A DNA stretch of 64,000 nucleotides. Origin: Limibaculum sp. (GTDB taxonomy: Bacteria > Pseudomonadota > Alphaproteobacteria > Rhodobacterales > Rhodobacteraceae). Below the pieces are notes generated by a model. That model saw only the letters and a program-made list of their open reading frames with translations. It did no database searches and was not told the origin of the DNA. The translations under genes and the position numbers were made by a program. The first letter of the stretch is position 1. Each line of letters begins with the position of its first letter. The stretch is taken from assembly GCA_039805905.1 (NCBI GenBank), contig JBDIVM010000006.1, positions 120,827 through 184,826 on the forward strand, read 5' to 3'. Positions 18,451 to 31,007 of the stretch are shown in pieces.

Positions 18451-19392
18451 TCAGACGTCGAAGAAGCCCGGCCCGGCGCGCGCGCGCAGTTCCTCGGCCG
18501 CGTCGCGGCCCATGCGGGCGGCATCTGCAGGCGGTCCGTGCCTCGCGGCCTCCAGCCGCTCGCTGCCGTCGGGCCGGATGATCTCGCCGCGGAACCTCAG
18601 CACATCGCCCTCGATCTCCGCCAGCCCGCCGATCGGGGTCCGGCACGAGCCGTCGAGCGCCGCGAGGAAGGCCCGCTCGGCCGCGAGCCGGATGCCGGTC
18701 GGGTCGTCATGGATCGGCGTCAGGAGCCCGATCGTGGCCCAGTCGTCGGCGCGGGTCTCGATGCCGATGGCGCCCTGTGCCACCGACGGCAGCATCTCGT
18801 CGGGCTCGATCACGGCGCGGATGACGTCGGCCTTCCCCAGCCGCCTCAGCCCGGCGCAGGCGAGGAAGGTAGCGTCGGCCACGCCCTCCTCCAGCTTCCG
18901 GAGCCGCGTCTGCACGTTGCCGCGGAACTCGACCACCCTGAGGTCCGGGCGCCGGTGCAGCAGCTGCGCCCGGCGGCGGAGCGACGAGGTGCCGACCACC
19001 GCGCCTGCCGGCATGGCGGCGAGGCTTTCATGGCGCAGGCTCACGAAGGCGTCGCGCACATCCTCGCGCGGCAGCAGGCAGGCGATGGTCAGACCCGCGG
19101 GCAGCACCGTCGGCACGTCCTTCATCGAATGCACCGCGAGGTCGGTCTCGCCGGCGGCCAGCGCCTCCTCGATCTCCTTCGTGAACAGCCCCTTGCCGCC
19201 GATCTCGCCGAGCGGCCGGTCGGTCACGCGGTCGCCGGTGGTGCGGATCACCGTCACCGCGAAGGCCGCCCCGGGCAGGCGGTGCGCGGCCATCAGCCGG
19301 TCCCGCGTTTCTTGCGCCTGCGCCAGCGCCAGCGGCGAGCCGCGGGTGCCGATGCGGAGCGGCCGGTCGATGCGCGGGAGCGGTGCGGTCAT
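18451..19392 (-). CDS. hemC: Hydroxymethylbilane synthase
   Basis: IGTRGSPLALAQ, GGKGLFTKE, HSMKD, GTSSLRR, RGNVQTR, GSCRTP. Confidence 0.97.
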   Translation of the reverse strand: MTAPLPRIDRPLRIGTRGSPLALAQAQETRDRLMAAHRLPGAAFAVTVIRTTGDRVTDRPLGEIGGKGLFTKEIEEALAAGETDLAVHSMKDVPTVLPAGLTIACLLPREDVRDAFVSLRHESLAAMPAGAVVGTSSLRRRAQLLHRRPDLRVVEFRGNVQTRLRKLEEGVADATFLACAGLRRLGKADVIRAVIEPDEMLPSVAQGAIGIETRADDWATIGLLTPIHDDPTGIRLAAERAFLAALDGSCRTPIGGLAEIEGDVLRFRGEIIRPDGSERLEAARHGPPADAARMGRDAAEELRARAGPGFFDV

Positions 19393-19488
19393 TTTCGCCC
19401 TTTCTGCTGACCTCAGCCGCCCTTACTAAGAGGGCCGGTGGCCGCAGGCAATGCGGCGGAACCGGTCCCGGAACGGCGGCCCTGGCGA

Positions 19489-20604
19489 ATGGACGGCACG
19501 ATCACACTCCTCGGCATCGAGTCGAGCTGCGACGAGACCGCGGCGGCGGTCGTGCGCGGCCGCGTCGTCGGCGGCCGGGCGCACGGTCCCGGCGACATCC
19601 TGTCGAGCGCCATCTTCGGCCAGGAGGACCTGCACGGCCCCTATGGCGGCGTGGTGCCCGAGATCGCCGCCCGCGCCCATGCCGAGCGGCTGGACCTGGT
19701 GGCGCGCCGGGCGCTGGACGAGGCCGGGATCGCACTGGCGGCGCTGGACGGCATCGCGGTCACCGCCGGACCGGGGCTGATCGGCGGCGTGCTGGCGGGC
19801 GTCATGGCGGCGCAGGGCATCGCCGCCGGCGCGGGCCTGCGGCTGATCGGGATCAACCACCTCGAAGGGCATGCGCTGACCCCGCGGCTGACCGACGGGG
19901 TGGAGTTCCCCTATCTCCTGCTGCTCGCCTCGGGCGGGCACTGCCAGCTGATCGCGGTCGAGGGGCTCGGCGACTACCGCCGGCTCGGCGGCACCATCGA
20001 CGATGCGCCGGGCGAAGCCTTCGACAAGACCGCGAAGATGCTCGGCCTCGGCTTCCCGGGAGGGCCGGAGGTGGAAAGGTGGGCGGAGACGGGGGACCCC
20101 GCCCGCTTCGCCTTCCCCCGCCCGCTGCTCGACCGGCCGGGATGCGATCTGAGCTTCTCGGGGCTGAAGACCGCTGCCGTGCGCGCCCGCGACGAGCTTG
20201 CCGCGGCGCAGGGCGGGCTCTACCGCCGCGATGTGGCGGATATCTGCGCCTCGTTCCAGCAGGCGGTGCGCGAGGCGCTGTCGGAGAAGGCGCGGCGCGC
20301 CATGATTCGCTTCGCCGCCGACCATCCCGGCCTCGCCGGCCGCGTGATCGCGGTCGCCGGCGGGGTGGCGGCGAACCGGAGCCTGCGCGCGGGGCTGACC
20401 GCGGCCGCCGAGACCGCGGGCTTCCGCGTGGTCGCCCCGCCGCTGGAGCTCTGCACCGACAACGCCGCGATGATCGCCTGGGCCGGGATCGAACGGTGTG
20501 CCGCGGGCATTGCCGACGCACCGGTGGTCGCCCGGCCGCGCTGGCCGCTCGACCGGACCGCCGAGCCGATCCTCGGCGCCGGCCGCAAGGGAGCCAAGGC
20601 ATGA
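19489..20604 (+). CDS. tsaD: tRNA N6-adenosine threonylcarbamoyltransferase
   Basis: [45 protein letters not shown]. Confidence 0.96.
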   Translation: MDGTITLLGIESSCDETAAAVVRGRVVGGRAHGPGDILSSAIFGQEDLHGPYGGVVPEIAARAHAERLDLVARRALDEAGIALAALDGIAVTAGPGLIGGVLAGVMAAQGIAAGAGLRLIGINHLEGHALTPRLTDGVEFPYLLLLASGGHCQLIAVEGLGDYRRLGGTIDDAPGEAFDKTAKMLGLGFPGGPEVERWAETGDPARFAFPRPLLDRPGCDLSFSGLKTAAVRARDELAAAQGGLYRRDVADICASFQQAVREALSEKARRAMIRFAADHPGLAGRVIAVAGGVAANRSLRAGLTAAAETAGFRVVAPPLELCTDNAAMIAWAGIERCAAGIADAPVVARPRWPLDRTAEPILGAGRKGAKA

Positions 20605-21500
20605 GCGGTGCGATCGCGATCCTGGGCCAGGGCGCGTGGGGAACCGCGCTCGGCCGCACGCTGGGCGATGCCGGCGCCGCGATCCGTTTCTGGCGGCGCG
20701 GCGAGAGCGGCGGCGCGCTGGCGGGGGCCACGATCGTCATCGCCGCGATCCCCGCACAGGCCACCCGCGCGGTGCTGGCAGAACGCGCCCCGTCGCTGCC
20801 GCCCGGGGTGCCGCTGGTGCTGACCGCCAAGGGGCTGGAGCGCGGCACGCTGAAGCTCCAGTCGCAGGTCGCCGCCGAGGCCGCCCCCGGCCACCCGGCC
20901 GCCATCCTCACCGGGCCGAGCTTCGCCGACGACCTGATCGCGGGCCTGCCCACCGCCGTGACCCTCGCCGTGGCCGAGGCTGCGCTGGGCGAGAGGCTGC
21001 AGCGCGCACTGGCCACACCCTCGCTGCGCCCCTATCTGACCGACGACGTGACCGGCGCGCAGATCGGTGGCGCGGTCAAGAACGTGATCGCCATCGCCTG
21101 CGGCGCCGCGATCGGCGCGAGGCTGGGCGAGAGCGCCCGCGCGGCGTTGATGACTCGGGGCTTCGCCGAGATGGTGCGGCTCGGCACCGCGCTCGGCGCC
21201 CGTGCCGAGACGCTGGGCGGGCTCTCCGGCCTCGGCGACCTGGCGCTGACTTCGGCGTCGGCGAAGTCGCGCAACTTCGCCTACGGACTCGCGCTCGGCC
21301 GGGGCGTACCCCCGTCCGAACTCGCGCGCGACGGCCGCACCTACGAGGGCGCAGCCACCGCCGCCCCGGTGGCATCACTGGCGGCGCGGCTGGGGGTCGA
21401 GATGCCGGTCGCCGGGGTGGTGGCCGCGCTGGTCGCGGGCACGATCACCGTGCCCGAGGCGGTGGACAGTCTCATGGGACGCCCGCTGAAGCGGGAATGA
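20601..21500 (+). CDS. gpsA: NAD(P)H-dependent glycerol-3-phosphate dehydrogenase (short form)
   Basis: [42 protein letters not shown]. Confidence 0.9.
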   Translation: MSGAIAILGQGAWGTALGRTLGDAGAAIRFWRRGESGGALAGATIVIAAIPAQATRAVLAERAPSLPPGVPLVLTAKGLERGTLKLQSQVAAEAAPGHPAAILTGPSFADDLIAGLPTAVTLAVAEAALGERLQRALATPSLRPYLTDDVTGAQIGGAVKNVIAIACGAAIGARLGESARAALMTRGFAEMVRLGTALGARAETLGGLSGLGDLALTSASAKSRNFAYGLALGRGVPPSELARDGRTYEGAATAAPVASLAARLGVEMPVAGVVAALVAGTITVPEAVDSLMGRPLKRE

Positions 21501-21516
21501 ACGGAAGGAAACGCGC

Positions 21517-21789
21517 ATGCTCCATGCCATCATCTGCCTCGACAAGCCCGGAGCGCTGGAAATCCGCAAGGCCAACCGCGACGCGCATCTTGCCCATATC
21601 AGGGGTGCGGACGGTGCCATCGTGATGGCCGGGCCGTTCCTCGACGACAAGGGCGAGATGTGCGGCTCGCTGCTGGTCTACGAGGGCGAGCGCTCCGCCG
21701 CCGAGGCCTGGGCCGCCGCCGACCCCTATGCGAAGGCCGGCCTCTTCCGCAGCGTCGAGATCCGCGCCTGGAAGAAGGTGGTCGGCTGA
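21517..21789 (+). CDS. yciI: YciI family protein
   Basis: RDAHLAH, AGP, GSLLV, DPY. Confidence 0.85.
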   Translation: MLHAIICLDKPGALEIRKANRDAHLAHIRGADGAIVMAGPFLDDKGEMCGSLLVYEGERSAAEAWAAADPYAKAGLFRSVEIRAWKKVVG

Positions 21790-21793
21790 GCCG

Positions 21794-23332
21794 ATGACGG
21801 CGCCCGGGACCGAGTGGGAGCGGATGGCGGCATTCCTCGCCGACCCCGCCACCCATGGCGGGCCGGCGACGCGGCGGATCGACACCCACACCGCTGCGGT
21901 GGTGCTGGCCGGCGAGCGTGCCTGGAAGCTGCGCCGCCCGGTCGATTACGGCTGGCTCGACTACGCGACCCGCGCCCGGCGGCGCGACTGCGCGCGGCGC
22001 GAGATCGACTGGAACAGTGCCACCGCACCGGGCCTTTATATCGGCGTTGGCGGGATCTCTGCCGCGGAGGGCGGGTTCCGGCTGATCCCGCCCGGCGACG
22101 ACCTGCCGGAGCAGGCGGAGCCGCTGGTGGTGATGCAGCGCTTCCGGCAGGAGGACCTGTTCGACCGCATGGCGGCCGCTGGGCGCCTCACGCCGGCGCT
22201 GATGCGCGAGACCGGCCGCGCCATCGCCGGAATGCACAAGGCCGCGCCGCGCCGCGCGGGGATGGGCCGGCTTCCCGCCTTCGCGGGGCGCGAGACCAAC
22301 GAGCTGACCGACCTCGCCGAGGTGCTGGGCGAGGACGCCGTGGCGCGTTTCTCGGCCGCCGTGCAGGCCCGCGCCGCGGCGCTGAACGGCCTCGCCGCGC
22401 GCCGCCAGGCGCGGCGCTGCCATGGCGACCTGCACCTGCGCAACATCGTGCTTTGGCAGGGTCGCCCGGCGCCCTTCGACTGCATCGAGTTCAACGAGGC
22501 CTTCACCAACGTCGATCCGCTCTACGACCTCGCCTTCCTCTTGATGGACCTCGATCACCGCGGTCATGGCGAGCTGGCGACCGAGGTGTTCAATGCCTGG
22601 GCCGAGCGGATGGCGGCCGAGCCCGGCGCCGAGGTGGAGACCGCCTATGGGGGGCTCGCGCTCCTGCCCTTCTTCAAGGCCTGCCGCGCCGGCATCCGCG
22701 CCAAGGTGACCGCGCTCGCGGTGGCGGGCCGCGCCGTGCCGGACCGCGCGGACGAAACCGCGGAAGCCCGCGCCTACCTTGCCCTGGCGATCCGCTATCT
22801 CGACCCGGCCCCGCCGCCCCGGCTGGTGGCGGTCGGCGGCCTTTCGGGTTCGGGCAAGTCGACGCTCGCCTGGGTGCTGGCCGGGCGGCTCGGCGCGGTG
22901 ATGCTGCGCTCGGATACGATCCGCAAGGGGCTGTGGGGGGTGGCCGAGACCCAGCGCCTGCCCGCAGACGCCTACGCGCCCGAGGTCTCCGACCGGGTGT
23001 ATGGCGCCATGCTCGAGCGGGCGGGCATGGCGCTCGGCGGCGGCGCGACGGTGATCCTCGACGCGGCACATCTGAAGGAGGCCGAGCGCGATCGTGCCGC
23101 CGCGCTCGCCGCCGGCGCGGGCTTGGCGTTCCACGGCTTCTGGCTCGAGGCACCGCTCGACCGGCTGAAGGCTCGGGTGACGGCGCGGGGGGCGGATGCC
23201 TCGGACGCCACCGCAGGGGTGGTCGAGACGCAGTCCGGCTACGACCTCGGCACGATCCGCTGGCGGCGCCTCACCGCCGAAGGCAGCCCGGAGGCCGTGG
23301 CCGATATGGCCATGGCGGCGCTCGGAGGGTAA
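21794..23332 (+). CDS. Bifunctional aminoglycoside-phosphotransferase-like kinase / P-loop kinase (COG2187+COG0645)
   Basis: IDTH, CHGDLHLRNI, FDCIEF, DLAFLLMDL; GGLSGSGKST, RSDTIRK, SDA. Confidence 0.85.
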   Translation: MTAPGTEWERMAAFLADPATHGGPATRRIDTHTAAVVLAGERAWKLRRPVDYGWLDYATRARRRDCARREIDWNSATAPGLYIGVGGISAAEGGFRLIPPGDDLPEQAEPLVVMQRFRQEDLFDRMAAAGRLTPALMRETGRAIAGMHKAAPRRAGMGRLPAFAGRETNELTDLAEVLGEDAVARFSAAVQARAAALNGLAARRQARRCHGDLHLRNIVLWQGRPAPFDCIEFNEAFTNVDPLYDLAFLLMDLDHRGHGELATEVFNAWAERMAAEPGAEVETAYGGLALLPFFKACRAGIRAKVTALAVAGRAVPDRADETAEARAYLALAIRYLDPAPPPRLVAVGGLSGSGKSTLAWVLAGRLGAVMLRSDTIRKGLWGVAETQRLPADAYAPEVSDRVYGAMLERAGMALGGGATVILDAAHLKEAERDRAAALAAGAGLAFHGFWLEAPLDRLKARVTARGADASDATAGVVETQSGYDLGTIRWRRLTAEGSPEAVADMAMAALGG

Positions 23333-23351
23333 GAGGAACCGAGGGCGCGAA

Positions 23352-23391
23352 TGGCCCCTCTCCCCCACCCCCACAAGGGGAGAGGGGGCCA
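23352..23391. repeat. REP-like intergenic inverted repeat
   Basis: TGGCCCCTCTCCCC ... GGGGAGAGGGGGCCA (one bulged base). Confidence 0.6.
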
Positions 23392-23424
23392 CAGGGTCCG
23401 CGACGCGGCGAGACGGAGCGAGAC

Positions 23425-23844
23425 ATGGCCTACTGGCTGTTCAAGTCGGAGCCGGGCACATGGAGCTGGGACGACCAGGTCCGGAAGGGTGCGGCGGGCG
23501 AGGAGTGGAACGGGGTCCGCAACTACCAGGCCCGCAACAACATGAAGGCGATGAAGCTCGGCGACAGGGGCTTCTTCTACCACTCGGTCGACGAGAAGCG
23601 CGTCGTCGGCATCGTCGAGGTCTGCGCATTCGCCCATCCCGACAGCACTACCGACGACCCGCGCTGGGAATGCGTCGACATCCGCGCGATCGCGCCGATG
23701 CCGAACCCGGTCACCCTCGCGGACATCAGAGCCGACCCCCGCCTCGCCGGTTTCGCCCTCATCCGCCAGTCGCGCCTCTCGGTGGTGCCGGTGGCCGCTG
23801 CGGAGTGGAAGATCATCTGTGCGATGGGCGGCTACAAGGGCTAG
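23425..23844 (+). CDS. EVE domain protein
   Basis: MAYWLFKSEP, WNGVRNYQARN, FFYHS, QSRLSV. Confidence 0.92.
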   Translation: MAYWLFKSEPGTWSWDDQVRKGAAGEEWNGVRNYQARNNMKAMKLGDRGFFYHSVDEKRVVGIVEVCAFAHPDSTTDDPRWECVDIRAIAPMPNPVTLADIRADPRLAGFALIRQSRLSVVPVAAAEWKIICAMGGYKG

Positions 23845-23972
23845 GGGCCGGCCGGCGGAGGCCGGCTCTGTCGCAATCGGCTTGACAGGGAAACGGGAGC
23901 CGGCAGTATGCTGCGCCGGTTCACGGCCGAATTTTGGCAACTGACCTTGTCGCTGGACTTTAGTCGGGGGGA

Positions 23973-24818
23973 ATGATTGTGAAGACTGTCGCGACGCTTG
24001 TCGCGTCGGCCGCCGTGCTGGCCGGGGCGACGGCATCTGCCGGGGAGACCGCGCTCGAACGCGGTGCCTATCTCGTCCGCCATGTGGCCGCCTGCGGCAA
24101 CTGTCACTCGCCGGTCGGGCCGGACGGACCGGTGCCCGGGCAGGAATTCGCGGGCCGCTTCGTCATCAAGCTGCCCGAGTTCGAGGCCTGGGCGCCGAAC
24201 ATCACGCCGGCGGCGATCGGCGGCTGGACCGATGCCGAGCTGATCCGCGCCATCCGCGAGGGCATCCGCCCCGACGGCACGGTGATCGGGCCGCCGATGC
24301 CGATCGGGCTCTACCGGGGGATATCGGACCGGGACGTGGAGGCGATCGTCGCCTATCTGCGCAGCGTGCCGCCGGTCGAGAGCACCGTGCCGCGCTCGAC
24401 CTTCAACATTCCGTTGCCGGAGGGCTATGGCCCGCCCGTCGGCAGTGTCGGGGCAGTGCCCGAAGGCGAGACGGCGGAGTACGGCGCCTATCTTGCGGGA
24501 CCGGTCGCGCATTGCATCGAGTGCCATACGCCGTTCGTCGACGGCCGTCCCGACTTCGCGAACCGGCTCGGTGCCGGCGGCGTGGTCTTCGACGGCCCGT
24601 GGGGCCTTTCGGTGTCTGCGAACCTGACACCCGATCCGGACGGGCTGGCCCGCTGGACCGATGACGAGGTCATCGCGATGATCCGCACCGGCAGGCGCCC
24701 GGACGGCAGTCCGATGGCGGGGCCGATGGGATATCCCTTCTATGCGGGCATGTCCGACAGCGATGCCCGCGCGATCGTCGGCTATCTGAGGTCGCTGCCG
24801 GCGCGGCCGACGCCCTGA
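23973..24818 (+). CDS. Exported diheme cytochrome c
   Basis: Signal peptide; CGNCH and CIECH; duplicated PNITP/ANLTP and 'MP/MG' modules. Confidence 0.9.
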   Translation: MIVKTVATLVASAAVLAGATASAGETALERGAYLVRHVAACGNCHSPVGPDGPVPGQEFAGRFVIKLPEFEAWAPNITPAAIGGWTDAELIRAIREGIRPDGTVIGPPMPIGLYRGISDRDVEAIVAYLRSVPPVESTVPRSTFNIPLPEGYGPPVGSVGAVPEGETAEYGAYLAGPVAHCIECHTPFVDGRPDFANRLGAGGVVFDGPWGLSVSANLTPDPDGLARWTDDEVIAMIRTGRRPDGSPMAGPMGYPFYAGMSDSDARAIVGYLRSLPARPTP

Positions 24819-24825
24819 GCAGCGG

Positions 24826-25287
24826 CTACCCCCTGAGCACACCGAACCGCACCAGCGCCTCGCGCAGCGCCGGCGGCAGGTCGGGATCGTCGCCCGGCGC
24901 GGTGCCGATGTCGGGCGGCGCGTCGGCTGCCTTCAGGTAGCGCCAGCCCTGGAAGGCGCTGCGCGGCCGGGGCGCCGTCGTGACCAGCTCCGGATCAAGC
25001 ACGATGGCGCAGCGGCGGATGCCGTCCTCGCCGGTGACCTCCTGCAGGCCGAGGATGCGCTGGCGCACCCGGATCACGCCCCGGATCACCCAGTAGAGCG
25101 AGCCGCCGGCCAGGAGCTCGGCCTCCCGCTTCGGCCACATCCGGGTGACGTGGCGCGGCCGCGGATCCTGCCCGGCCGCCACCCGCTCGGCGCCGCGCTG
25201 CGCCTGCCATTCCAGCAGCTCCTCCACCGCGTCGACACCGACGCAGAGCTTGATGAGATGCAGGGTTGGCGCACGGTCCTCGGTCAT
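24826..25287 (-). CDS. DUF1489 family protein
   Basis: LHLIKLCVG, HVTRMWPKR, GGSLYWVI, FQGWRYL. Confidence 0.85.
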   Translation of the reverse strand: MTEDRAPTLHLIKLCVGVDAVEELLEWQAQRGAERVAAGQDPRPRHVTRMWPKREAELLAGGSLYWVIRGVIRVRQRILGLQEVTGEDGIRRCAIVLDPELVTTAPRPRSAFQGWRYLKAADAPPDIGTAPGDDPDLPPALREALVRFGVLRG

Positions 25288-25308
25288 GGGTCCGGTGGCG
25301 CGTCCGGC

Positions 25309-26127
25309 TCAGCCGAGTCCAAGCACATCGATCATGCTGTATTCGCCCGGCTTGCGGTTCTGGCCCCACAGCGCGGCCCTGACCGCGCCGCGAGCGAAGA
25401 TCATCCGGTCGGTGGCGACGTGGCGCAGCACGATCCGTTCGCCGAGCCCGGCGAAGATCACGTCATGCTCACCGACCACGTCGCCGCCCCTGAGCGCCGC
25501 GAAGCCGATGTCGCCGCGCCGCCGCGCGCCGGGATGGCCGTCGCGGGCACGGTCGGCGACCTCGCCGAGTCTGACCCCGCGCCCCGCGGCGGCCGCCTCG
25601 CCCAGCATCAGCGCGGTGCCCGAGGGCGCGTCGACCTTGTGGTGGTGGTGCATCTCGACGATCTCGACGTCGAAGTCGGCGTCCAGCGCCTCGGCCACCT
25701 TGCGGGTCAGCAGGGTCAGGAGGTTGACGCCGAGCGACATGTTCCCGGCCCGGATCACCGTGGCATGGCGCGCGGCGGCGGAGATCCGGGCAAGCTCGGG
25801 CCCGCCGAGCCCGGTGGTGCCAATCACATGCACCAGCCGCGCCTGCGCCGCAATCTCGGCATGCGCCACCGTGGCGGCGGGACTGGTGAAGTCCAGCACC
25901 GCCCGCACCCCGGCGAAGACCGGCAGCGGGTCGTCGGAGACCACCACACCCCCCGCCGCGCCGCCCATCGCCTCGCCGAGGTCGCGGCCGATCCAGGGAT
26001 GCCCCGGCCGCTCGGTCGCGCCCGCCAGCGCCACGTCACTGCGCTCGGCGATCGCGCGCAGCAGCATCTGGCCCATGCGGCCCGAGACCCCGGCGACCGC
26101 GACCGGAACCGGATGGATGTCGGACAT
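25309..26127 (-). CDS. dapB: 4-hydroxy-tetrahydrodipicolinate reductase
   Basis: [39 protein letters not shown]. Confidence 0.96.
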   Translation of the reverse strand: MSDIHPVPVAVAGVSGRMGQMLLRAIAERSDVALAGATERPGHPWIGRDLGEAMGGAAGGVVVSDDPLPVFAGVRAVLDFTSPAATVAHAEIAAQARLVHVIGTTGLGGPELARISAAARHATVIRAGNMSLGVNLLTLLTRKVAEALDADFDVEIVEMHHHHKVDAPSGTALMLGEAAAAGRGVRLGEVADRARDGHPGARRRGDIGFAALRGGDVVGEHDVIFAGLGERIVLRHVATDRMIFARGAVRAALWGQNRKPGEYSMIDVLGLG

Positions 26128-26189
26128 GGGCGCCTCCCTGGGTTCCGCGCCTGATTAACAGCCTTGCGCGGGGCGGGAAAGGCCGGGAT

Positions 26190-26203
26190 TTGACGCCGGT
26201 CAA
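26190..26203. promoter_or_regulatory. FNR/FixK-type palindrome upstream of hsp20
   Basis: TTGAC-GCCG-GTCAA, a perfect palindrome variant of TTGAT-N4-ATCAA. Confidence 0.6.
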
Positions 26204-26270
26204 TGCCCGTCCTCCGGCTCTGCGGCATCATTTGCGGGTATCCCTGCATTTCCAAGGACGGAGCACGCAC

Positions 26271-26687
26271 ATGGTGGAAAAGACCCAGAGCCCCGGCTGG
26301 TGGCCGAGCATCTACGAACCGTTCCGGCACCTCGGCGAGCGGATCGCGGACTGGTTCGCGCCCCGCTCGGAGGCCAAGGCGACCAATGCGAAATACGAGA
26401 TCACCATCGAGCTGCCCGGCGTCGATGCCAAGGACATCGACGTCTCGCTCGACGAGGGCCTGCTGACGGTCAAGGGCGAGAAGCGCTCCGAGCGCAAGGA
26501 GGAGGGCGAGGGCTACTTCTTCTCCGAGCGCGAATACGGCCGCTTCCAGCGCACCTTCCGCCTGCCGGCGGACGCCCAGGGCGACCGGGTCGAGGCCGAC
26601 TTCACCAATGGCGTGCTGAAGATCACCGTGCCCAAGGCCGGCGAGGAGCGGAAGGGGACGAAGAAGATCGCGGTGAAGGCCCTGTAG
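26271..26687 (+). CDS. Small heat shock protein (Hsp20)
   Basis: ELPGV, SEREYGRFQRTFRLP, NGVLKITVPK. Confidence 0.92.
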   Translation: MVEKTQSPGWWPSIYEPFRHLGERIADWFAPRSEAKATNAKYEITIELPGVDAKDIDVSLDEGLLTVKGEKRSERKEEGEGYFFSEREYGRFQRTFRLPADAQGDRVEADFTNGVLKITVPKAGEERKGTKKIAVKAL

Positions 26688-26751
26688 GGCGGGACTGCTG
26701 CCGCCGATCGGAGCCGCCGGGGCAGGGCGGGATGGTTCGCGCCCTGCGCTC

Positions 26752-27906
26752 TCAGCCCGTCATGCTGTCCCAGAAGCCCTTGACCTTCGAGAAGAAGTTC
26801 TGACTTTCCGGGCTGTTGTCGGCCTTCTGCTGCTCGAATTCGCGCAACAGTTCCTTCTGGCGCGGAGTCAGATTCACGGGCGTCTCCACCATCAGCTCGA
26901 TATAGAGATCGCCCTGCTGCCCTGCCCGCTGCAGCGCCGGCATCCCTTTGCCGCGCAGCCTCAGCTGCTTGCCCGACTGCACACCCGCCGGCACCTTGAC
27001 CCGGGTGCGGCCGCCGTCGAGCAGCGGCGCCTCGATCTCGCCGCCGAGCGCCGCGGTGGTCATCGGCACCGGGATCCGGCAGTGCAGGTTCAGGCTCTCG
27101 CGCTCGAAGATCTCGTGCGGGGCCACGTCGATGAAGATATAGAGATCGCCCGGCGGCCCGCCACGCTTGCCGGCCTCGCCCTCGCCGGCGAGCCGGATGC
27201 GTGTGCCCGTCTCGACCCCGGCCGGGATCGAGACGTTGAGGGTGCGGTCCTTGCGCACGGTGCCTTGGCCGCCGCACACCCGGCAGGGGTTCTTGATGAT
27301 CTGGCCGCGCCCGCCGCAGGTCGGGCAGGTGCGCTCGATGGTGAAGAACCCCTGCTGGGCGCGCACCTTGCCATGGCCGCCGCAGGTCGGGCAGGTCTGC
27401 GGCTGCGCGCCCCCCTCGGCGCCGGTGCCGGAGCAGGCGTCGCACTTGACCGAGCCCGGGACGGAGATCGTCACCTGCTTGCCGGAATAGGCATCCTCCA
27501 GCGTGACGCGCAGATTGTAGCGCAGGTCGGTGCCGCGGACGAAGCCGTCGCGCCCGCGGCCGCCGCGCCCGCGCCCGCCCATGAAATCGCCGAACAGGTC
27601 CTCGAAGACATCCGAGAAGGCGCTGCTGAAGTCCTGCGGTCCGGCGCCGGCCGGGCCGCGCGGACCGCCGCCCATCGAGGCGTCGAAGGCGGCATGGCCG
27701 AACTGGTCGTAGGCACCCTTCTTCTGCGGATCCTTCAGGATGTCGTAGGCCTCGTTGACCTCCTTGAACTTGTCCTCGGCGGTTGCGTCGTCCTTGTTGC
27801 GGTCGGGATGCAGCTCCTTTGCCTTGCGGCGATAGGCCTTCTTGATCTCCTCCGCCGAGGCGCCGCGTTCGACACCCAGCACTTCGTAGAAATCACGCTT
27901 CGCCAT
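26752..27906 (-). CDS. dnaJ: Chaperone DnaJ
   Basis: J-domain HPD, G/F region, four CxxCxGxG repeats. Confidence 0.98.
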   Translation of the reverse strand: MAKRDFYEVLGVERGASAEEIKKAYRRKAKELHPDRNKDDATAEDKFKEVNEAYDILKDPQKKGAYDQFGHAAFDASMGGGPRGPAGAGPQDFSSAFSDVFEDLFGDFMGGRGRGGRGRDGFVRGTDLRYNLRVTLEDAYSGKQVTISVPGSVKCDACSGTGAEGGAQPQTCPTCGGHGKVRAQQGFFTIERTCPTCGGRGQIIKNPCRVCGGQGTVRKDRTLNVSIPAGVETGTRIRLAGEGEAGKRGGPPGDLYIFIDVAPHEIFERESLNLHCRIPVPMTTAALGGEIEAPLLDGGRTRVKVPAGVQSGKQLRLRGKGMPALQRAGQQGDLYIELMVETPVNLTPRQKELLREFEQQKADNSPESQNFFSKVKGFWDSMTG

Positions 27907-28144
27907 GCACCCTGCCCCAGTCCGCCGTCCCGCCCGGCGGCCGCCCCGTTGCCGGGGCACTCCGCGCGAAGGCGTTCAACTGCCCGATACCGCAATATCC
28001 GGTCATGCGTACCAGCGCCAGCGGCCGTTTGAGGGCGTCGGTTCCGCCCGCTCGCCCGATGCATTCGGGGGCACCGCAGCCGGCGCCCCCCGCATGACCT
28101 CACCCGATTCGGCCTCCCGGCGCATCGATCCGGACTCCTCCGGA

Positions 28145-30061
<1,917 letters not shown>

Positions 30062-30163
30062 GATGCCTGCTTCCCTTTTCTGGCGTTCGGCTGCCGGGTC
30101 CGGTTTCGGCCCCCGGGCTGCCTACCCGTTGTCACATCAGGTTCAAGGTTCCGTTCCGGCGGC

Positions 30164-30193
30164 TATATAGGCAGCGCCCCGGAACCCTGCAAC
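30164..30193 (-). promoter_or_regulatory. RpoH (sigma32)-type promoter of dnaK
   Basis: Minus strand GTTGCA-N16-CCTATATA ~100 bp upstream of dnaK; matches the alphaproteobacterial TTG...CCTATAT consensus. Confidence 0.7.
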
Positions 30194-30277
30194 ACCGCGC
30201 CGAGCGAAAGATCGCGCGGATTTGCCCGGGATTCGTGCATTCCGCGCAGCGCGGCGCCGGCGGTTCCGGAACCGCAC

Positions 30278-30904
30278 TCACTTCAGCGCATCGGTGATCC
30301 GGCGCTCGTTCAGCAGCTGTGCCACCCGGCGCGTCAGCTCCTGCCCGGCGACGCCGCTGCTGTCTGCCGCGAGATTCGTGACCCCGATCGGCGCCGCGCC
30401 CTGGGTCGCGCTGCGGCCCAGCGCGGTGCCGGCTCCGTCGTAGACCGCGGCTTCGAGATTCCAGGACACCTTGACCCTCGTGTAGGCGTCGGTCCGCCAT
30501 TCGCGGATGGTCACCGCCACCACCTTCTCGCCCTGGGCTAGGGCCGCGGCCAGCATCGCTGCCTCATCGCCCTTGTCCGGCAGGCTCACAGCCACCGCCT
30601 GCGCGCCCTGAATCGCATAGGCGCGCACGACGAGATCGGTCACCTCGTCGGCGAGCGGGCGCCCGGAGGCGGTCTCGACATCGACCGTGTTGCTGTACTT
30701 GCCCCGGTCGGTGCCGATGAATTCCTCCGACTTGCTGCCGTCGAGCACATAGGGCCTGGCGTCGATGGTCACCACCGCGATGCTGCCGGCAGCCGGCGCG
30801 GCGACAGCCGGCGTGGCGGGGGCGAGCTCGTAGGAGCTCTTCTGCTCCAGGCAGGCGCCGGTTGCGAGAATCAGGGCAAGGGCCGGCAGATGCCGCGTGA
30901 ACAT
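30278..30904 (-). CDS. Lipoprotein of unknown function
   Basis: MFTRHLPALALILATGA-C lipobox; coding-like codon usage. Confidence 0.7.
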   Translation of the reverse strand: MFTRHLPALALILATGACLEQKSSYELAPATPAVAAPAAGSIAVVTIDARPYVLDGSKSEEFIGTDRGKYSNTVDVETASGRPLADEVTDLVVRAYAIQGAQAVAVSLPDKGDEAAMLAAALAQGEKVVAVTIREWRTDAYTRVKVSWNLEAAVYDGAGTALGRSATQGAAPIGVTNLAADSSGVAGQELTRRVAQLLNERRITDALK

Positions 30905-31007
30905 GGCAGGGATGTCCCCTTCTGTCGTCTGTGCGAGACTGCTCTGGGAAGGGGACGATAGCCCCGGCGGCGGCAACGGGCAATGCGGAACAGCGGAAGG
31001 GGGCCGA

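Noticed and set aside
23882-23912. sigma70 promoter TTGACA...TATGCT for the diheme cytochrome
   Set aside because: The 19-bp spacer is too long to call with confidence.
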